30,090 nt of DNA. It comes from Vermamoeba vermiformis. Taxonomy: Eukaryota. The notes under the pieces were generated by a model. The model saw nothing but the letters and a program-made list of their open reading frames with translations. It was not told the origin of the DNA and ran no database searches. Made by a program: the position numbers and the translations under genes. The DNA is taken from assembly GCA_045837725.1 (NCBI GenBank), contig JBEWZL010000163.1:620001-650090 (forward strand). The letters are read 5' to 3'. Below are positions 24,145 to 30,090 of the stretch, piece by piece (the stretch's first letter is position 1; each line of letters opens with the position of its first letter).

Positions 24145-25585
24145 TCAAAGTTTGTTTGCAAGTAAGAAGGCAGTACGGAATGAGCTGTCTGCCTCTGCTT
24201 GCTGCTGTTGTTGTAGAATTGTCATGAACTGGGCCTGTTGCTGTGCCATAGAGTGTCTGTGCTGCATTTGCTGCAACTCCAGTATACTTTGGAGATATTG
24301 GTTGCTTGCATTGTTTGCAGTATTCAACACAGAAGTGGGAACTGGGCTGGGTGTCAATCCTGTAGTTTGAGGACTCAAGTGGACAGCTGGAACTCCAACT
24401 AATTCAGTTGTGTTAGTGGCAGCAGTGGGTGCAGCTTGCGGTGGTGGGAGCTTTGGTAATGTTGGCTTGTGAATGGACTTTGTCTTGTTCTTAAGTGGGA
24501 TAACTTCATCTTCTGACTCTGATGCAGACAAACTTTGCAATTGTCGTCATTTGACCAAAGAAGGCTCTACTACAGCAATAGGTCTCTTCTGATCTTTAGC
24601 AACAAGTCCCTTGCTTGCTCCTGTAAACGTCTTTGTCAAAACCTATCGGTAATAGAATTTGCTACCTTTTTTGCTTGGCGCAGCTGGCTTTACCAGTGTT
24701 CTTGAGGCACGTACTGGCTGGGTCCTAGAAGCCTTTTTTGCTGGCTCTGTTTTCACAGTAGGTTTTGGAGAGACTTTTCTAGTCTGGACAACGTAAATAA
24801 ATAGGGTTATATTGTTTCTGACATACCTTTGCTGCATAATAAGCCTTAAACAATTCATCCAGGCACTCTTTTTGACTATTGCTAGCTTTGCCTTCAACTG
24901 ACTCGACATCACTGAACTTGACTTCAATTACAGATTTAAGGGAAGGATCTGCAAGGAGAACCTTGTTGAATTGCTTATTGCGAATGATGAATAGCACTGT
25001 ATGCAAGCCAATGACATTTTTTACAACCACTGTATCTCCAACTTCGACAGCAAAGTCATCCATCCGCCGAGTCACTTTATAATAATAATTGCCATTCCAA
25101 GGCTCTCCGTGGTACTTGTAGAACTCAGTATATACCTCTAAATCAGCAACAAGTCAGAGTTGATCCAATAATGCCTTATTACTTACCTTTGTTATCGGCA
25201 GAGTTCAGCCCGCCGAAGGAAGATTTTTCTTCTTGGACACTGTCATTGCTTACTATAATTGATTTATGTATGAGTAATACTTACAATAATAAATTAATAT
25301 GTACCTTCATTATTGGAATTACCAATAGGAATTTTGGTTTGCCGATCAGGATTGAGGGACTCAATTTTTTCTTCTAGCCATTAAAAATTAGTTTCCTTAT
25401 AAATAAAGAGACATCATAATGTTGGGAAAATTATAGAATAATTAAGAGAGTTAATTACCAGCTATTAATGATTCCCGAGTGGATTTTGGACTGGGCGGGG
25501 GATTTTGCTTTGGCTGCTGGGCTTCACTGTCAACTGATGCAGCAGTAGGGTTGTCAATTAATACCTTGTCAGTATCCTCACTCAT
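24145..25585 (-). pseudogene. Transposon accessory gene: BAH/SH3-like segment, K/P-rich linker and Q-rich helix, with one in-frame TGA
   Basis: Six phase-compatible exons from MSEDTDK (ATG 25585) through YYYKVTRRMDDFAVEVGDTVVVK to ...FRTAFLLANKL*. There is an internal AAA-TGA-CGA with the TGA at 24547-24549. Confidence 0.7.
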
Positions 25586-26433
25586 TGTGGTGTTCATGTA
25601 ATGATTTCCGAGGACAATTGGATTTGGTTACCCATAAAAGGAAATTAACCAGGGCACTTGCTACGGAGAAGTTATTTGACCATTATTTCATTCCAATAAT
25701 AACATTAAACAACACCTATAGTTCAAATCACCTATTATATACCTCATACAACACATCATTATCAAGGCAACTCAATGGATTCAAAACTAATGTAAGTCAA
25801 GGTGGATTTAACTTTACATCTTGCTCGGAAATTATTACATATGAAGACATATATCAATTTATAATTATATATGCATTATAATAATTTAAATATGCTAGTT
25901 TAATGGCTATTTTGAATTTTTGAGGAGAAAATTGATCGGCATAATTTCATATCCAGCTCGGAAATTGTTAGGTATCAACATAATACATAATAATAACATA
26001 TGTATGCTGCTTATATTATATATATCCCATATCTATCATTTTGGGGCTGATCATTGCATATTCAAAAAGCCTATTATCTGTTCTGTCTCGTGCACCAGTC
26101 AAATCCTTGCCGTAAGAGGGTTTTCAATCTATAGTATCATTACTAATTAACCAAATTGTTTCAAACATGGTGTATGCATTTGTACATATACAATGAGCAA
26201 TACTAAAGCTTTGATATATATTTTAAAGATGGTTTTGCTAGTTCAGTTCTGCCGATCTAGATCTGACAAGATCCACTACTCATGAGTAAAAGAGAATTGA
26301 AGTAACTCCTATCCCTATTCATTGTGCTTACAATTATTTATGCTATTAGTAATGGCAGTAGCTGGACTATTGAGTTGATGCAAGTAAAGTTCTCTCGGGT
26401 CATCTTTGTTGACAATTTCTGTGCCTTACCCAG

Positions 26434-26803
26434 ACTTTGCCGAACTCTATTAAGTATATATATGGTATTACAATACCTCATGTAGTTTATATATGCAATT
26501 GATTTTGGTAAGAAAAATCATGATTGCCCAACACTGGTGTAACGTAACTTTAACTTCAACTTCGTGTGCAGCACGACTTTGCCGAACTCAACTAAATATA
26601 ATGCTGGCAGTTATTCATTGCATCTAATATATATATAGCACTGTTATGGCTAGCTAAAATCGTAGGGGTTCACAGTGGTGCGCATCAACCCTCTTGCTGC
26701 TGACGTAAAACAGCACTACTTTGCCGAACGACTCTTACTATTCTATGCTATTGATCATCATATAATGATACAAAATTGACCAACAATATAGATTTTAAAA
26801 ATC
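26434..26803 (+). repeat. Degenerate tandem repeat with 142-bp period
   Basis: ACTTTGCCGAAC at 26434, 26576 and 26718; AAAATC at 26514, 26656 and 26798. Confidence 0.85.
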
Positions 26804-26844
26804 ACTATTCATGTGCAGTTCATTAATACTGTTACTTCAGGAAA

Positions 26845-29800
26845 ATGACATTCCAAGGCTTTCAATGGGGCTCTAACAGTAAGTTAAGCACTATTAATAG
26901 AATGACCTAACAATGGTAGATATGAATGACCTATGCACTATTGAGACAGTTGGCTTCGTTCTTCGGCTAGTGCTGCAAAAATTGCCAGGACACAAGTTTG
27001 AGAGTGACTTTTTTAAACTATTGACGGGTTGGATTAATAATGGACCACTATCCAATGAAAGGCTACACCAATTAAAATTGGATCTGATAGATGCCCTTGG
27101 TCCTGTTGTAGGCTGGGTGCCTTGCAAGACTTATGTCTCAATTGGTGCAATACTCACGGCAGCTTTCAAAACTCTGTCAATTGCCGAATCAGCATTATTT
27201 GTCTCTACTCTTAAAGTTGTTAGCCACTGCAAATGTCCTACAACAACAAAGCTATTTCATCAAGTGGCAGTTTTTGTTGAAGAAAAACTGACTGACAGTA
27301 CACTCTCACTCCAAGCTGCACTCAACCACTTAGCAGACTACAACTGCCAGCTACCCATCAACTGCTATGATTGTGGAATACAACCTGTTGAACATCGTAA
27401 GTTCAATTAGAAGAAATGAATTTGATATTAAACTGTGTAGGTACATTGGAGTTGCCACAAGTTTTGACTGTCGAGTTAGGAAGACTCAAAAGGCAATTTA
27501 GCAACCCAAATATAACCATCGAGCCAGTTTTAACTGTCAACAATTGTCAGTATGACCTATTAGCTGTAATGATGTGCACTGGAGCCCACACTACATGCTA
27601 TTTTGTGCAACAGTCAGTCTTGTATTTCTATGATGGCATGCAAAATGAAGGAATTGCCACTCCAGTGGCAGAAACACTTGAAACAAGCAAATCTAAGATA
27701 TATTATGACCACATTGTGTACTTAAAACGACAGGTAATTTAACCTGGTTTAGTTCTTCTAAGCATTAACTCTTGTTAGAATTCTGCACCTGTTTCGAAAG
27801 CCATCAATGCAAAAGACCTATTTACTACCTTGCAAGTGCAGCCAGAAAGTACCCCAATTGCCTCGCAGAATCTGTTCCAAGTCCTAACAAAGAATATCAT
27901 TCCATCTGAAAAACTCAAGTCATTAAAAAAACAAAAGTTACTTGGGGCTGATTCAATTAACAAAGGTACTTATAACTTGCAAATTTTAGATCTAACTAAC
28001 ATTTTCCAGTTGCAGCTACAAACTGTTGTAAGGCTAGATGTACTGAACTCTTCACTACCAGCCAGATTCTGGAAAGCCGCAAGATGGTGGCTGAGCTCAA
28101 TGACAGTCAGAAAACTAAGTGGCTGATGAAATTTTTTGAAACAAACATGAACATTGATAGCCCAGCTGTTGCTTTCCTGGTAGGAGGTGTATCAGTTTGT
28201 CAGCTTGCATTTTGCAGAGTTTATGGAGTGTCTGTCGACAAGGTTATTCAATGCAAGCAACAATACCTAAATGGAACAAAGGCTCATATGCATGGTAATT
28301 GCTTTTGGGTGTATGACTCCCCAAAGAGAGACTCAGTAGCCGCTTGGATCCAAAACTATTGCAATACATATGGTGATTATGTGCCAACTAAAGATGAAAT
28401 TCACTTACCATCACACATGACGTAAGTTCTTGTTCTGATACTGTGATTGCTAACCAATGCAAGTGTGAAGGAATGGTACAATCTGTTTTCTGGTGAATTT
28501 GCCAATCTTCACCCAGGAGCTGACACACCAAGCTATGAAACTTTCAAGCAGGTCAAGCGCAAATGGTTTGCAGTAAGTTACTATGTGCATCTTTCAATTT
28601 TGCTAAAGATTTTAGAATGTTAAATGCCCGAAGGAGACTCGACTTGGCAAATGTTCAACCTGTTTATTGATTAAACAACGGCGACTACAGTGCCCTTCAG
28701 AAGATAAGCTGTTGCAATTGAAACAGCAGATGAATGAACACATAGATTATATTACAAAGGACAGACAGATGTATCGGCAAAGAGCAGATATTGCCATTAA
28801 GCAACCCTTCTTGAAGATGAGCATCATTACAGACAAAAGTGGCAGTTTTCAACTTCCTCAGCACCATCCAATGCCAAAAGAATGGGCGAATATTAACCTT
28901 TTGCAAGCAAGCTTTGTAGGCTTCATTAACCACGGACTGAACAAGAAAGAGTTAGTGTTTTTCAAGGAGTCTGATTACATTGCAGATGCAGACTTTTACA
29001 TCTCACTCCTGTTCCATCATTTGAAAGAATCTTTGCTATCAATTCAACCACAAAATAGACCAACAACACTGTATTTACAAGTAGATAACAGTGCAGCTGA
29101 AGGCAAAAATCAATATTTGCTTCAATTTGCAGCATTACTAGTGCACAATGAGTGGTTTGAAGAGGTTTTCATTCATTATTTACAACCTGGCCACACACAT
29201 GAAGATATTGACCGACTATTTCAACCATTTCATACTTACTTCCAATGGAAAGTTATTGAAACTATGAATGATGCTATTACATTTGCAAAGTCAATCTATC
29301 CCAAGGATGTGTATATTCATGAACTCCAATGGCCCATTCTTTCCTGGAAAAAGTGGTTTCTCACATTCTGCTCATCAATGAGTGGTCACAAAGACAAATA
29401 TGCTTTTTGGCTAAAGAAAGGACTTGATGGCACTCCAACACTCCTGTTCAAACAAAAATCTCTCGATGAAAATTGGATTGAAGTTGAAGAATCAGTGTTT
29501 AGTCATTCTCCGTCAGCCGAACCTGTAGCACTTCAACCAAACCCTGTGTCCAAGGAGTTGATAGCCACAATAGTGACAAAGACCTCTAAATTTCTTTCTG
29601 AAAAGGTGAGGATTGTACTTTACTATTCAGTTACTAACATGTTGCAGGGCATCGAATATTACAAAGGTCTGGAGAGAACAGAAGAGGTGAAAGTTATGAC
29701 AGAATTGTTCCAGATTGGCCAAGTTAAACGTGAAGGACCAGAGCTTGTGGTCTCATCAGAAAAAGAACCAACAATGGTCAATTTAAAGAAGCGTAAACGG

Positions 29801-30044
29801 CAGGTTGAAGGTACCTTCAAATCATAGGTTTATTCTTAATTGTTACTCATTTTTGTTTGCAGATGAGGCAGAATGGGTAGTTAAAAGTATTATAGACCAC
29901 CGAAAAGTTGGACGTAAGTTAGAGTGGCTGGTACTTTGGGACGGAGGACAACAGTCCTGGGAGCCACGTAATTGCTTCATAGATGCAGACCAAAGCAAGA
30001 ATGAAGTATGGGCTGACTATGAAAAGAAGAGATTGAGCAAATGA
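26845..30044 (+). CDS. USP-like peptidase - DDD/E transposase - chromodomain fusion (948 aa, 9 exons)
   Basis: Exons 26845-26878, 26920-27396, 27441-27733, 27779-27965, 28010-28421, 28464-28572, 28616-29605, 29648-29810 and 29863-30044 total 2847 nt with no stop. Peptidase: FQWGSNNMNDLCTIET, two Cys pairs, YDLLAVMMCTGAH, YFYDGM. Transposase: CCKARC, VCQLAFCRVYGVS, KCSTC, IITDKS, LYLQVDNSAAEGKN, PGHTHEDIDRLF. Chromodomain: WVVKSIIDHR...WLVLWDG...SWEP. Confidence 0.88.
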
Positions 30045-30056
30045 TAGTCTAAAATT

Positions 30057-30090
30057 AATGAAATATACCCAACTGGGTTTTTACAATACC
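30057..30090 (-). repeat. Inner part of right terminal inverted repeat (truncated by window end)
   Basis: Reverse complement of 24028-24061 with 2 mismatches. It begins 13 nt after the transposase stop. Confidence 0.92.

Larger units (their letters stand above)
23846..30090 (+). mobile_element. TIR DNA transposon, over 6 kb, right end cut by the window; left terminus approximate
   Basis: Inverted repeat 24028-24061 vs 30057-30090 (32/34 identical) brackets two divergent genes, one a transposase. CACTAC occurs at 23846 and 23871, followed by CGAGAT/ATCTCG subterminal motifs. Confidence 0.85.

Noticed and set aside
25585-26150. Two AT-rich plus-strand ORFs in the element spacer
   Set aside because: Non-ATG starts, low-complexity Ile/Asn/Tyr composition and no splice link to either gene.
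26434-26729. CRISPR-like array interpretation of the evenly spaced 12-mer
   Set aside because: The repeat is too short, the spacers are 130 bp and similar to each other, the context is eukaryotic and there are no cas genes.
23846-30090. Fanzor/TnpB RNA-guided cargo in the transposon
   Set aside because: No RuvC-like motifs or TnpB-type C-terminal zinc finger in either gene.

Overview
Intron-rich, AT-rich eukaryotic DNA, most likely from a protist or amoeba. Introns are mostly short GT-AG with CTAAC-type branch points, so the supplied ORF track shows only exon fragments. All gene models below were spliced by hand and family calls come from motif recognition, not database searches. Bases 1-18.3 kb are gene-dense host sequence: a CARMIL-like LRR gene, a vanin/pantetheinase-like gene with tRNA-Gln and tRNA-Glu inside its last intron, a peroxisomal-type citrate synthase whose PTS1-like tail is on a terminal micro-exon, a secreted 3x eight-cysteine repeat protein, DUF2867-like, TMEM53/DUF829, a PH-DUF4139 fusion, a small NCPGRY-motif protein, and a myristoylated F-box/SHOCT-like protein. 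Bases 18.3-22.3 kb hold decayed sequence and one orphan gene. Bases 22.3-30.1 kb are CpG-depleted and hold a 5'-truncated Crinkler-like gene next to a TIR DNA transposon. The transposon's spliced 948-aa ORF joins a USP-like cysteine peptidase, a GHTHEDID-type transposase and a chromodomain. It also carries a divergent BAH-like accessory gene and a 142-bp-period motif array. This element is the best candidate for an undescribed chromatin-targeting or anti-silencing system.
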